DNA from: Orbicella franksi
Taxonomy: Eukaryota
Assembly (NCBI GenBank): GCA_964199315.1
Contig: OZ116698.1
Span: forward strand, 21,886,001-21,950,000
DNA: 64,000 nt
Direction of reading: 5' to 3'
Below the pieces are notes generated by a model that was not told the origin of the DNA, did not search any database, and saw nothing but the letters and a program-made list of their open reading frames with translations. Position numbers and translations under genes: made by a program. Each line of letters begins with the position of its first letter. Position 1 is the stretch's first letter. Positions 1 to 11,331 of this stretch are shown piece by piece.

Positions 1-558
1 AGATGTTGGATAAAGTAATAACAGAAGAAAATACAGCGGTTAAAAAGGGTTACCAACGCTACAATGTGTCCACTATTTGAAACATTGTGTGCAACGATGC
101 GCGTAAATAACACAACGTAGTTGCATTTTGTTTTCAGAATTAATTTGTGAGAAGTTTAATTGACGGAGTGTCTTCAATTCTCCGCTAGAAGACGATTGCT
201 CGAATTGAGCGAAGTTGATGGCAGAAATGTCTTGGGCGATGAAAATCAAAGAAATGTGCAGGATAGATTATGGATTTCTCGTGCGAGAAATTAAAGCTTT
301 TTTGTAACGTTTAACAGAAATGCGAAAAGTTGTTCTATTTTGGCAGCACTTTTCCAGCTAACCGTAAACATTTGTTGGTAGGGGTGTTGTATGTAAGAGT
401 GTGCAGATTTTTTAATTAACACATATTTCAAGGCGGGATTAGGGCAAAATCACTTCAAAATACGTTTAGGGGAGTTAGAGAAAAGTTTCAGAAAAACAGA
501 GGAATTATTGTTACTGAAAAGTCGAAATTTTTTTTTTTAGCATAAGACCACCATAACA

Positions 559-708
559 CCCTTTGTGAAAGTGCAATGCATTTCTTTCGCCATTGTGAGA
601 GAAGTTGTACAGAACAAAGATTTTATTTCCTGAGAAACATCTCGCTGAATTCGCTAAACTGTTTGCAGGATACGAACTGAACGGTAACATCCTAAGGATT
701 ATAACAGT
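559..708 (+). pseudogene. Truncated tandem duplicate of the 5' part of the PAN exon
   Basis: 559-708 aligns to 729-876 with an offset of 165-171 nt. It reads PEKHLAEFAKLFAGYELNGNILRIITV versus SEIHLAEFTKRLFAGYELTDNILRTMTV, then similarity stops. Confidence 0.75.
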
Positions 709-783
709 ATTTTTTTCTGACCTTAATACCCTTTGTGCAGGTGCAATGCATTGGTTTTCGCGGTTGTAAGCGAAGTTGTATAG

Positions 784-1072
784 AACTTTATTTTCTGAGA
801 TACATCTCGCTGAGTTCACTAAACGTCTGTTTGCAGGATACGAGCTGACCGATAACATCCTAAGGACTATGACAGTGTGGGATCATTTTGATTGTATGAC
901 GGCTTGTTTAGCAGAACAGCGTTGCTGCTCAGTGAACTACAAACCTGACGACATCCCAAACTGCGACCTCAATAAACGATGTCGACGAAAACCAGTGGAA
1001 GATGGATGTATGAAATCGAGAATCAACCACGTTGTTTACTACGAACTATCGGACACCAAAGAACAAGGTTTG
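784..1072 (+). CDS. PAN/apple-domain exon of the PAN-EGF-3xPentraxin gene (5' boundary uncertain: 784 or 837)
   Basis: FAGYELTDNILRTMTVWDHFDCMTACLAEQRCCSVNYKPDDIPNCDLN...YYE has the PAN CxxxC...CxSxNY...CxLN pattern. Donor TG|GTAAGT after 1072 is phase 0 and matches the next exon. Confidence 0.75.
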
Positions 1073-1935
1073 GTAAGTGAAGGGAGTTTAGTTGTTCTAA
1101 GCTCCTTTTATCGATATTAGAGTTCTTGCTGAGCCGAGTTCTAATTTTGGCCAATTTGGAGACGTTTTTTAGATGTTCTAAATTCCGTGCATGGTAAAAC
1201 CATAGTGTCAATAGGTATGAGTCATACATTCATTGAATTTCCATGTATTTTGGAATACGTACAGTAGCAAGTATCAGGTTAAAGATGTAATAGGACATAC
1301 ATTGTTATCAACTAATTCTCAGCCTTAGTATGTTTGGTCAATCTCAGCTTTCACATTCTATTCTATAAAAATAAAGAGTGCATAGGGTCGAACGCTTTCA
1401 AGAGTAATCAGCTGCATCTAATTTTACAGTAATAGCACTTTCCTTTTGTGGGCTTTTTCTGAGCAATGTACCTTAGCCAATCTAAATGTCGAGCGAATGT
1501 TGGTTTCGCATCCCACCCTTGACACCAGCTATAGTTTTTCTTGTTGAGGTACTCTGCTGTTTGGCTCACTAATCACCTGGTTTGTTGTTTGAGTGACACG
1601 ATCATGATGTTTCCCTTAGATTCAGTTTCAAGTTAAATTGAAAAATTAAAAAAACGATCTTGAAAAGAAAAAAAAGAATCTTGACTGTGCTTTGTTAATT
1701 GGGATAGGGGATGCTACATCGTGCAAACCTTATTCAGACAACTGCAAAATGGAAAAGTCCTCGTCGATCATTACACAAATAAATGATGGATTTGCCAAAA
1801 AAGGATCTTTCCCGTCGTTGTTAAATTCAAATGGTATCCTTATCAGTAAAGCCATTAAAATGAGTTGTTACGTTAAGAATAGCTTTAAATCAATTTTGGT
1901 TATTTATCTGTCACTTGCTGTTTTGTTTCTGATAG

Positions 1936-2062
1936 CTGGAGGATCCGTGCCGTATTTCACCTTGTCTAAACGGAGGGACATGTAGCTTGACGGAACGTTG
2001 CAATGACTACAATTGCACGTGCCATCCACTCAACATTGGGGAACATTGCGAAAGCTGGAAAG
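1936..2062 (+). CDS. EGF-like domain exon
   Basis: Acceptor TTTCTGATAG|, then [42 protein letters not shown] (EGF cysteine pattern), donor AG|GTGGGT; phases 0 to 1. This is a different frame from ORF-track 1692..1985. Confidence 0.9.
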
Positions 2063-2503
2063 GTGGGTCAAGTCCTTACAACATTTCTCGCCTATTAAAC
2101 CTGGCGAGTAGTTCTTAAAGGATAATACTTTTGTCATTAAAGATGAAATCTGGATTATAATAGAAGTCTTTCCTTATGTCTTTTGGAAGTTAATAATATA
2201 CGTGGTACTAATTTGACGAGCCTGTTTATAAAACTAATACATGGCACTTGAATCAATAGACCTTCTATTCACGATAACCGCCATGATTGTTTTTTCACTA
2301 TGATGGAAACAAGGCTCTTGTTTCCAAGGGGAAATGATAAATACTCGGCAAATTTTAACTGATTTCTATTGTTTCTGTTACCTTTGACGTCACCATGATA
2401 TGTTTTTAGAAATGTAGCACAACATATTCTTTTTTTAAGGGTTTTAAATTTCATATAAGTAGTTTATTTGAAAAACATTTCAGAATAGAAACTAGCGGTA
2501 AAA

Positions 2504-2540
2504 AACGACGTTTCGATCTCTCTGAGATCATTTTCAAGTT
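2504..2540 (-). ncRNA. Minimal hammerhead ribozyme motif, U3-A8 variant (PLE1 left arm)
   Basis: Reverse complement of the 3620-3656 motif: AAC-UUGAAAA-U-GAUCU[cagag]AGAUC-GAAAC-GUC-GUU. Confidence 0.7.
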
Positions 2541-3619
2541 GAACAAAAAAGGAATGCAATATACATATATAAGTACAAATTAGGACGTGAGAATGTCAAA
2601 CGATAAATTATGTAAATACAAGCGCTAAAATGTAAGTGTTAAAACAATAAAATACCATAAAAAAACTATATAAATAACTTTGCACGGATTGAATCTGACT
2701 GTTTGTTCAAGGTTGGCTTAAGCTCCTTTATAAAGAGCATTTCGTAGATCAGGCAGTCGAATTTACTTTGGCACTTTCTCAAGATCTTAAAATCACGATA
2801 TATGTCACTTGGGACTGTTCCATGCTGCTCTTTGGTGTGATTCCCGATTGAAGACGATCCTTTGTGTTCCTCAACGCGTTGATAGAGGTGTCGGTACGTG
2901 TACCCGACATAGTTTGCATCACACAAACCACATTTGTAATACTAAACAACGCGTTGCTGGTTAATGATAGGCGGCTTCTTTTCTTTTGATTTGACCTCGT
3001 GTCCGATCTTGCGGCTTGTATACACGGGACGAATATCAATTCCAATTTTTCGGCCTAGTTTCCCAAGTTGCCTTCGCGCGGAATTGACCGATCTCTGATC
3101 CTTGAAAGGTAGCACTATTCTGACAGGCGCTTCATTCACGTTACGTGCTCGAGTAGAAATTGGATCGCCAGAAACTTTCTTGGTGACAAAATTACTGATG
3201 GTCGATTGTATCAATTGCGCTGGGTACTGAAGTCGGGAGAACGTCTGTTTGAGACGATCACATTCCAGGTGGAACAGTTGCCAGGTAGATGATAGTTTAA
3301 AGGCACGATCCAGCATTGTTTTTAGCAATGACTTCTTGCATCTAACGTCGACGTGGCTCTTGTAATATAGTAATAATCCGGTGTCAGTTGTCAGTAAATT
3401 CGACTGCCTGATCTACGAAATGCTCTTTATAAAGGAGCTTAAGCCAACCTTGAACAAACAGTCAGATTCAATCCGTGCAAAGTTATTTATATAGGTTTTT
3501 TTTATGGTATTTTATTATTTTAACTTACATTTTAGCGCTTGTATTTGCATAATTTATCGTTTGACATTCTCACGTCCTAATTTGTACTTATGTATGTATA
3601 TTGCATTCCTTTTTTCTTC

Positions 3620-3656
3620 AACTTGAAAATGATCTCAGAGAGATCGAAACGTCGTT
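3620..3656 (+). ncRNA. Minimal hammerhead ribozyme motif, U3-A8 variant (PLE1 right arm)
   Basis: Stem I AAC/GUU, core UUGAAAA, stem II GAUCU/AGAUC, then GAAAC-GUC minimal helix III. This layout is known for PLE hammerheads. Confidence 0.7.
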
Positions 3657-3688
3657 TTTTACCGCTCGTTTTTATTCTAAATTTCAGG

Positions 3689-3837
3689 NNNNNNNNNNNN
3701 NNNNNNNNNNNNNNNNNNNNNNNNNNNNNNNNNNNNNNNNNNNNNNNNNNNNNNNNNNNNNNNNNNNNNNNNNNNNNNNNNNNNNNNNNNNNNNNNNNNN
3801 NNNNNNNNNNNNNNNNNNNNNNNNNNNNNNNNNNNNN
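3689..3837. other. Assembly gap (149 N), followed by an (AGTC)n/(AATC)n microsatellite
   Basis: Run of N, then AGTCAGTTAGTCAGTCAGTC...AATCAATCAATC. Confidence 1.
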
Positions 3838-3959
3838 AGTCAGTTAGTCAGTCAGTCACTCAGTCAGTAAATCAATCAATCAATAAAATTTCAGTAGAAC
3901 AAGAATAATAATTCGTATAATCTTCCGCCGTGTATTTTTTTCAAAATGTGGTTTTACAG

Positions 3960-4215
3960 ATGACGCATCGGATTTCGACCTACAACTTTCCAATGATGCA
4001 ATAACGCAGAGCTACGCAGCTTTAAATTTCGCAGAAACTGAGTACGCATCTGCAGAACCATGGCAAGGTTTTACCGTGTGCTTTTGGGTCAAGTTGGAGG
4101 TCTGGTCTGAGATTACTCTCCTTACTTACTACGCAGCCAGTGAAAACGTTGTCTTCAGGGTTTCATACACAGAAAGCAAAGATAAAATGTGGCTCCACGG
4201 ATATGATAACACCAG
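3960..4215 (+). CDS. Pentraxin/LamG domain 1, first exon
   Basis: Acceptor GTTTTACAG|, DDASDFDLQLSNDAITQSYAAL...FTVCFWVK...LLTYYA, donor CAG|GTGAG; phases 1 to 2. Confidence 0.85.
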
Positions 4216-4428
4216 GTGAGCAGTGTAGTCACGACAATGAATTTTCTACCGCTTCAGCTAAACCCCTCCAAATTTTGAAAGGACGTACCTCCAAACAAAC
4301 TGGAAGAGAGCACAAGGAAAATAGAAGGTTTAGATTGTCCAATTCTGAAAGAATCAACATAGCATTCCAAACCAAACTAAGCATTTATTTACAGGCAGAG
4401 CTTTTGTAAAACGATTACTCCTTTCCAG

Positions 4429-4820
4429 GCTCATCTCGATCAAGGCTCCAGAGCTGAAAGACAAATCGTGGCACCATTTATGCGCAATGGGGGATAACAC
4501 TGCTGATGCGACAAGTTTGTTTGTCGATGGCGGGATAAGGGTTCGCGCTCAAGGGAAGTGCATCCCATCGTCTATCTCATGGGATGGTGCTCTGCAACTC
4601 GGCGATGACAGAGACGTCGCTTCGTTGTCCAGTTGCACTCTAACATGCGTAAGGCTGTGGAAAGGGGCGATAACAGAGGACGAGGCAAAGTTGGAGTATG
4701 AAAAAAAGAAGTGCGACAACCACGAACAAGTTTCCATGACCTGGCCTCTGTTTAAAAGAGGAAATCTGACAGGCAATGCTGCATGGACAAATTCCTCATC
4801 CTTGTTGCAAGAGGATTTAA
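4429..4820 (+). CDS. Pentraxin/LamG domain 1, second exon
   Basis: Acceptor CCTTTCCAG|, KSWHHLCAMGD...LFVDG...LQLGD...LTCVRLW. The donor AA|GTATGA (phase 1) is the least certain boundary. Confidence 0.8.
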
Positions 4821-5526
4821 GTATGAACCAAGTTTAATTTTACTCGCCAAGTTATTTTATTACTGGAAAACAAAATGGTTTTACTGTGCACTGATAAGGT
4901 AGCAAGGATTGTCCAGGTTGAGTGTATTTCTCGTTCCATGAGATTATTATACTGTTATATAGGAATGAACCTGTAATTTTTAAGCTTCGCCTTTCAGTTC
5001 TGTTGGAAAGCGGGTCAAGTGGGATCTCAACCATGAGAACACGCTAAATGTTTGGGTGACAGAACAACATTAATTACCTCAATTACGTAGTGGAGTGCGG
5101 TGCGGTGCAGTGTGTAGTATAGACATCCGGGACTCCCTTAGCGCTTGAAACAGTAGTCACATAACCAAGCGTGTGCGTGACTGTGTGTTGCTCGATTTCC
5201 TGGCCTTAGTGGTCTTAAGAAGTAGTACAAGTGTCTTGTGTGTGCTACTCTTTTCTAATAGTTCGGGAAAATTGAGCATTAACGTACAAAGTTTCAAAAG
5301 GACGGTCAGTATCCACACGGTATGATATCTAGATATCAGACTAGTAACTTGATATCGTACCCTACCGTTTGACATTGCGAATACCGTACCATTTGATAAA
5401 GTTAATGATTGCTTGATTAGGTAGTGATGTTTGTAACGACTAGCTTTACAGGTTTAAGACTCCTTACTCCAGGAACACTTTTACAAACTTGAAGTTGCGT
5501 AAAACACTTTCATATCCTTTTTGCAG

Positions 5527-5761
5527 ATTTTGAACTGTCTTTTCCTCAAGTCAATTCGACAGATTATATTACTATGGATTCGTTCTCATTTCCTTCACTG
5601 TCAAATTTGACCGTTTGTTTGTGGGAGCGCTCCCCTACAAAGCAACCATTAAAGATGAGAGTCGTCAGTTACTCCACAGCAACAGAGTACGATGCGTTTG
5701 CCATGGACATGGAGGAGGCGTCCGGACGACTGGGTTTGACTGCGAAGATCGACGGAGTCGA
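5527..5761 (+). CDS. Pentraxin/LamG domain 2, first exon
   Basis: Acceptor TTTTTGCAG|, DFELSFPQVNSTDYITM...LTVCLWERS...VVSYST, donor GA|GTATGT; phases 1 to 2. Confidence 0.85.
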
Positions 5762-6616
5762 GTATGTAAAAATGAGTCGTGTTGTTCACAGCCGCTTACT
5801 TTTAGAGCCCATCATTCCCTTTGTGCTGCGAAGAAGACTAGTATAAAAGCTTTACTTCACTTTAATTTAAGCTCTCACTTTAATTTCTAGAAAAAACGTC
5901 AACTATTCAACTTGTAAATATTTTCAGTCCCATTTGCATGCGAAACAAAAATTTTATTCGATGGCTATAACAAAATGAAAATTTGGTGCACGAAAGATTT
6001 GCTGTGATTTTTGGTAGAGCCGAACACATTTTGTCGGCCTAGTAAAGTCGGACCCATACAGTCCATTTTGCTACAGTAAACTTGCAAATTATCTGATATA
6101 CAAGTAAACCTTGATAGGACAGAGGTCTGTTTTCGAGAATTGACGGGTTTAATAGATAACAACGGGCGACGCTACATATTGCATTTATGTCATATCCTCA
6201 ATGCGGTACGCTGATTGGGTAAAGTTCGGCAGCAGTCTCCCTGCTTTCTGATTGGACATAAAGAGAAAAGAGATCTTTTTGGAAAGGTTTACGACAATTT
6301 GCAAAGGGGCTCGTGTTCCCTAAGTTACAAAGGGAATCGAATGAAGGGAGCGGAAAGTTTGTGCTTTTCGTAACAGTTCTGCGACGAAATGATCGTTAAT
6401 CGTGAGTTTCCGACCTTCTAGCAATTGCTTAACTGAGTTGCTCACATACTGCTAAAATCAATCCATTCAAATCGCCAGATTTTTCTTTTCACCGAGTTAC
6501 GAGTGATTCCCATTGAAAATCCTTCGATTAAAGAGGTTTTAACCTCTAACTTTTAAAAAATAAGTTAGACGGCTGTTTAGCAGAAATCTGAAAACAAACC
6601 TTTGTTGGTTCTGCAG

Positions 6617-7022
6617 TGGAGCTAGTTCAGCATCTCCGCCCATCTTCAAAAATGACTTCTGGAATCACTTATGCTTTGCATGGAGTGGTACAACAGGAAA
6701 CTACACGTTCTACATCAACGGCACAGCCGAGTAACTGTTACAGGATTGCTTCCTTCACTGCACACAGTCCCATCCAGCGGTTTACTTATCATTGGTGTAA
6801 AGAAGACTGCAGCAGGAATTGAAACTCCGTTTTCTGGTATTATGACTTGCTTGCAACTATGGAACAGCCGTCTGTCAATCTCAGATATTATCACTGTATT
6901 CCAAGCCAACAGGTGTAAAACATTGTTTGATCCGTTCTTCAAATGGTACGACGCGAAGAGTGGAACACAAGTCGGTAACGTTAAGGGGGAATCGCCATCT
7001 TCAATCACAAAACCAGACACAG
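6617..7022 (+). CDS. Pentraxin/LamG domain 2, second exon, with 1-nt frameshift near 6730
   Basis: Acceptor GTTCTGCAG|, FWNHLCFAWSGTTGNYTFYING, then TAA at 6732-6734. The domain continues in another frame (VTVTG...LLIIGV...FSGIMTCLQLWNSRL) to donor AG|GTGAG. The 406-nt length is one base short of restoring the 2-to-1 phases. Confidence 0.85.
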
Positions 7023-7652
7023 GTGAGAAAAAAAAAAACATCTTTTAATCTTATAATCAATAGTAATAACTTCTTCTTACAAATGACCAAACTGAGCGCT
7101 AAGCGATGGTGATTCATTTTGAAGTTGTCTCGCTGGTTAATAACTGGGCTGCAATTAGTAGAGAAACTAAACGATCCTGCACGTTTTAGACGACGAAAAA
7201 ATCCTCTACACTCCTTAAATAACTGGATTATTGATTTGACTCAGCTTGTAGCGAATTCATCGAGTGCCATGATTAGTGCCTTCTTCCTTTTTTGATCAAA
7301 CAAGGGTCACCGATAAAACAGCTTTTGTGGTTCTTTATTATTTCATGGAGTAATTCTAAAGCCTCTGGCTTCATACTTTGAAACGCAAGGATAGTGGCGT
7401 TAATTAAAAAACGGTAGCCGACAAATAACTGGCATTAAACACGAGGACATGAGAATGATTTAACATGGCGAGAAGAGCAATCTGAGCTAAAAAGAACAAA
7501 CTTGAAACTTGACTCTCGACCACGTTTCTACGTTTCCAGTGGTCAGTTTCATCAAGCGTCTTTCAATTGAACCGTTATTTGCCACGAAAGTGCGTAGCGC
7601 TAGATAAACTATAGCGTAGATTTGACAATATGTACCCGCTGTATGATTTCAG

Positions 7653-7905
7653 TGTCAGACGGAGATTTCGATGCAGTATTTCCTAACCGATCAACTGATG
7701 GCTACATTATGGTGGACTCGCTTCCAGTCTCTGAGCTGTCGGAATTTACCGTGAGCCTATGGGCAAAAGCGTATACCTGTTCAGAAAAGCACACACTTCT
7801 GATATATTCCTCTCAAAGTTATGAAAAAGAAATTTTGTTCACACTGGAGAAGTCCTCTACAATGCCGGGTGTATGCAAGCTCAGCGTCATTATGAAAGAT
7901 GTTGA
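7653..7905 (+). CDS. Pentraxin/LamG domain 3, first exon
   Basis: Acceptor GATTTCAG|, DFDAVFPNRSTDGYIMV...FTVSLWAK...LLIYSS, donor GA|GTATGT; phases 1 to 2. Confidence 0.85.
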
Positions 7906-7973
7906 GTATGTTGCTTTTTTGTTGTTAGCTAAGAATGCGAACGTAACGATCGGCTACCTACCGTACTGTACGG

Positions 7974-8242
7974 TAGAGCGGTTTTCAACTACGTGCCGTA
8001 AAACAAAAACCAAAGTAATCTCGGTCAGTCACAAAGGACACAGACGATCCAATGATCTCATCAACTCATAGGAAACACAGGTAACTGTCGCGCATCGCTG
8101 GACAACGTGTGAGAGCGAGTTGCGATTGGTTTTGGTTTTACTTTTGATTGGATCAAAAAGTGGCGCGAGTTGTCTTGGCCAATCGTGTTGCGTTAGGATG
8201 TAAAACCAATTTGTGGTCGACACTCCAATGAAAACTGCATTA
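7974..8242. mobile_element. About 270-bp MITE-like repeat in an intron
   Basis: Ends TAGAGCGGTTTTCA / TGAAAACTGCATTA, with internal inverted AAAACCAAA / TTTGGTTTT and CCAATC/GATTGG. A related relic lies near 63390-63500. Confidence 0.65.
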
Positions 8243-8464
8243 TTTGAGATTATTGTTTAGCAATCAATGATTTGTTAACGGGAATGGGGCCTATTCACCA
8301 GGCTGGGCGGACCAGGAGCTTTTTTTTGTCAGGCCTCGGCCACGTGACTGCAAAGTTATATAGACCAGCTAGGGACCATTGTATACGCAGAAATAAGAGC
8401 ATTCTTTGCTCGGTGCAATCGAATGAGCAAACTCTCAGATAAGTTGTGACTTCTTTATTTTCAG

Positions 8465-8874
8465 GTTAGGAGAAGCAGTTTTTAGACTAAGCGAGTCCGA
8501 ATGGAATTTCGTCGCGTTTGTGTGGCAAAGCTCCAGCGGAGATTCTGCCCTTTGGTTTGATGCAATTAAATCCGTAGGGACGGGATCATTTACAGGCCAG
8601 AAAATTGCGCGAGGAAAGGTTCTGATCGGAGAGCAGGAGGGGAAGGATCCGCAACAGACGAAAAATCTCTTTGATGGACGAATTACTTGTTTACAGATGT
8701 GGAAGATATCCCTTTCAGACACACACATCACCGCACTGCACAACATGAAGCGCTCGCAAGGAGAATGCCATACCGTACATGACACCTACAGTTTATTGAC
8801 TTGGGCCCAGATTAAAATGGCCAAGGCAAAAGGGGAGGTGTCATTGAGCTGGCCATCAAGTCTATCGAGCTCAA
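8465..8874 (+). CDS. Pentraxin/LamG domain 3, second exon
   Basis: Acceptor TTATTTTCAG|, EWNFVAFVWQSSSG...LWFDA...VLIGEQE...FDGRITCLQMW, donor AA|GTAAGT; phases 2 to 1. Confidence 0.85.
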
Positions 8875-9654
8875 GTAAGTGACATCAAGTAAGTGTGTAA
8901 TCTTTCAAATTAGATTACTTTTCTCTAAAGAGAAGACTCTAACTCTTATGAACAGAAGGTTGCGGAGTTAAGATTACTGCACCGCTAAATATAAACGAAG
9001 TTCCTCTCTGAGTAACTGTTTAGTCTGGCAAGAACAACAACAAACATACATTCCTTCGGAACGTCCAGAGGACGTGCTCGAGGGTTGGCAGAGAAGTTGC
9101 TAAGCATCATGACGTAATCAGTACGACACCATACTGACGTCACAAGTCCTGCTTATGAATGCTTTGAGCCTCCCTTAAGCCCGAAGAACTGGTACATGTT
9201 TAAATGAAATGACCAGTGTCGTTTTAGCTGAGGCTTCCTATCGTGTTTTTATTATGGAAGACTCGTATAATGGACACGAATTAGGATACGCCATGGATGG
9301 TACATTTTTAAAAACTGCAGCCTGAATTTTCCCATTCGTTCTCTGTAACCTGTCTTAAATTTCCACAATTCTCACCTCTCTCTTGCTTGGGTTACTGTAA
9401 CTAGGAAGTAAATTTTCCATTAGAAAAAAGGACTTAGCTTAATTACGACACAGCTCTTTTGATTTTTTTTTTTTTTATGATGCAGTCAAAGACTGATTAA
9501 CCTATAACGTTTGCTTTGCCAAAAAGGACGTGTTTCATTAAGCTTACGGTTAATCGGAACGAGACACACGTTTGCACTGCTGGGATTATCGTGGTTCTGA
9601 GAAACGTCTTTGAGTAGATGCTCTCCACTGAAGGGCTGTCTTGACTTCTTTTAG

Positions 9655-9809
9655 ATATCGCACACACCAATACAGAAAGTGCGACAGTGAACCCGACTAC
9701 AGTGTCAGCAGCGAGCATCAGTCCGACCTCAGTGGCTGCAGGGGCCGGCGCTAACAGCGATAGAAGAAGAAGCTCATCTAGAAGACGAAGACGAAGACAA
9801 GCATGGTAA
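9655..9809 (+). CDS. Probable terminal exon: Ser/Thr/Ala-rich linker and Arg-rich tail
   Basis: Acceptor CTTCTTTTAG| is phase 1, matching the previous donor. IAHTNTESATVNPTTVSAASISPTSVAAGAGANSDRRRSSSRRRRRQAW ends in TAA 9807-9809, with AATAAA downstream. Confidence 0.65.
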
Positions 9810-10668
9810 CCCTTGCTAGTCGGGACAATGTAAATATGGCAATGCCAATGTATTCAAGCACGCAGGCTAGGAGAATAAAGGAAATTATCCACCCGAGAAC
9901 ACAATCTTGAAGTGACACCAAATCCTTAGAACTGAAATTAAGGCATCTTTTAGCAATTACACTTCGTGGGATCAGTACCACTGCTCTTCGTCAAATATTA
10001 TTACGCGAGTAATCTCGAGAGTTTTTTAAACTTTGCAAAAAGTTGTATCTTATCACGCTTATTTCAATTCCACAATAAAAAAAGGGGGGGGGGGTAAGGA
10101 AAGTTTTAAGCCCTCGAAGGTAAAGTTAAAGGTGTTTTAAACGGGTTAAACTGCTGCTATGACTGCTATGATTAGTTGTTACGTAAAAAGGATGAACGTA
10201 AGGCCTTTTGAGTCTGATGGCGCGATGAGGACTGATGATGATGATGATGATGATGAAAAAGGATGAACACTGGCACAACTTGTTCACCAATGATTGCCTT
10301 GGGCATTTGTGTGATACCATAATTAACGTATCACTTGATAAAGAGTAGAAGTATTGATTCATCAAAGTATAACTTCTGTAAAGTGTCAGAAACTAATGCT
10401 AAGAACAATAGGATTCCGTCCGAAACTTAATGTCATCATAATATTTCAGGGACGTTTGATGTTCATCTGATGACTATAGAGTTTTGTTCGGTTCATGGCG
10501 TTATGTGTCGACATTGTGTAGCTAAGGTGTCTCACACTGACGCTACCTTCCTTCCAAAAATAGCCCCAATCAAGTTTAAAACCTTCCGATAGTAATTCAC
10601 TTGCAAAACAAAGCCCCCGAAAAAGCCAGGCTTTTATACGAAAATAAGCTCGGAGTATATAGTAGTAT

Positions 10669-11160
10669 AAACAACAACAACATCTTTTAAATCTAAAAAC
10701 ACGGTGGGTTTTAAAGCTAATATGGCTTATGGGGCCGTGTAAAAAGTGTTACTAGGATAATAAAAGATACGAATAAAATCAATAAAAGACGAAATCACTG
10801 TCAATTTGGGGACCCATTTTCGGTGACTCTTCACTAAAGTTCAAGTACCTGAAGGCGGGAGACTTTTTTGTCCTTTTAGCATAATCTCTGGCGCTGATAG
10901 TGGATGGTTCTAAAAGATTCTAAACAATGGATTCTCTGTATGATGTAGAGTAGTTGAATAAAAATTTATAACGTTCATGCGTAATGGTTATAAGTTGCTA
11001 CTGTTACCTTTGAAAGTTCCTGTAAGATAACAATAACTCAGAACAAGATGTACAAGTGGACATTATAGTTTTGATTGCTGGGCTTCAAGGAGCTGTTCGT
11101 AATCTGTTTGATACACTCAATAAAAAGATGCTCTACAGCGCTTTCGCGGTGTTTGAGTAG
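10669..11160 (-). mobile_element. Degenerate 3' end of an L2/CR1-type LINE
   Basis: The - strand shows decayed RT C-terminal motifs (QNYNVHLY; IVxNLLEPSTISARDY with TAG where Trp is expected), a 3' stem-loop (ACACGG/CCGTGT, AAGC/GCTT) and a (TGT)n tail. Confidence 0.5.
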
Positions 11161-11331
11161 CGTGGTTTCTTTTGTTTAAAAACTGCACTTACGAGAAGTT
11201 CTATCAGATAATGACAATATTTAACGTTTATCTTGGCAGCAATGACGATATCAGTTCAGGCTATTTTTTACACCAAACGCCAAACAAGAAACGTGTTTCC
11301 TAGAGCTTGTTCAGCAGATACGTTAACGTTA

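Larger units (their letters stand above)
2478..3686 (-). mobile_element. Penelope-like retroelement 1 (5'-truncated, inverted terminal repeat), in an intron of the pentraxin gene
   Basis: The - strand reads RT thumb (DTGLLLYYKSHVD...LLKTMLDRAFKLSS), linker (LPFKDQ) and GIY-YIG (VVxYYKCGLCDANYVGYTYRHLYQRVEEH...DCLIYEMLFIK), with an in-frame TAG at 2942-2944. About 290-bp inverted arms lie at 2478-2767 and 3393-3686; the right end runs into the gap. Confidence 0.92.

Noticed and set aside
1692-1985. ORF-track 97-aa ORF
   Set aside because: Mostly intron; the real EGF exon is in another frame.
3590-3870. ORFs spanning the N run
   Set aside because: Artefacts of the assembly gap.
5323-5338. 16-bp palindrome TGATATCTAGATATCA (also a 19-nt hairpin at 7958-7976)
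   Set aside because: Too short and isolated to interpret.
9024-9166. Possible extra exon of the pentraxin gene
   Set aside because: All three frames contain stops before the candidate donor.
9497-9981. Hydrophobic - strand ORFs resembling a membrane protein
   Set aside because: They overlap the phase-compatible + strand terminal exon and its 3'UTR; no coherent start or splice structure.
10231-10260. CTGATGA hammerhead-like core
   Set aside because: Part of a (GAT)n microsatellite; no stems.
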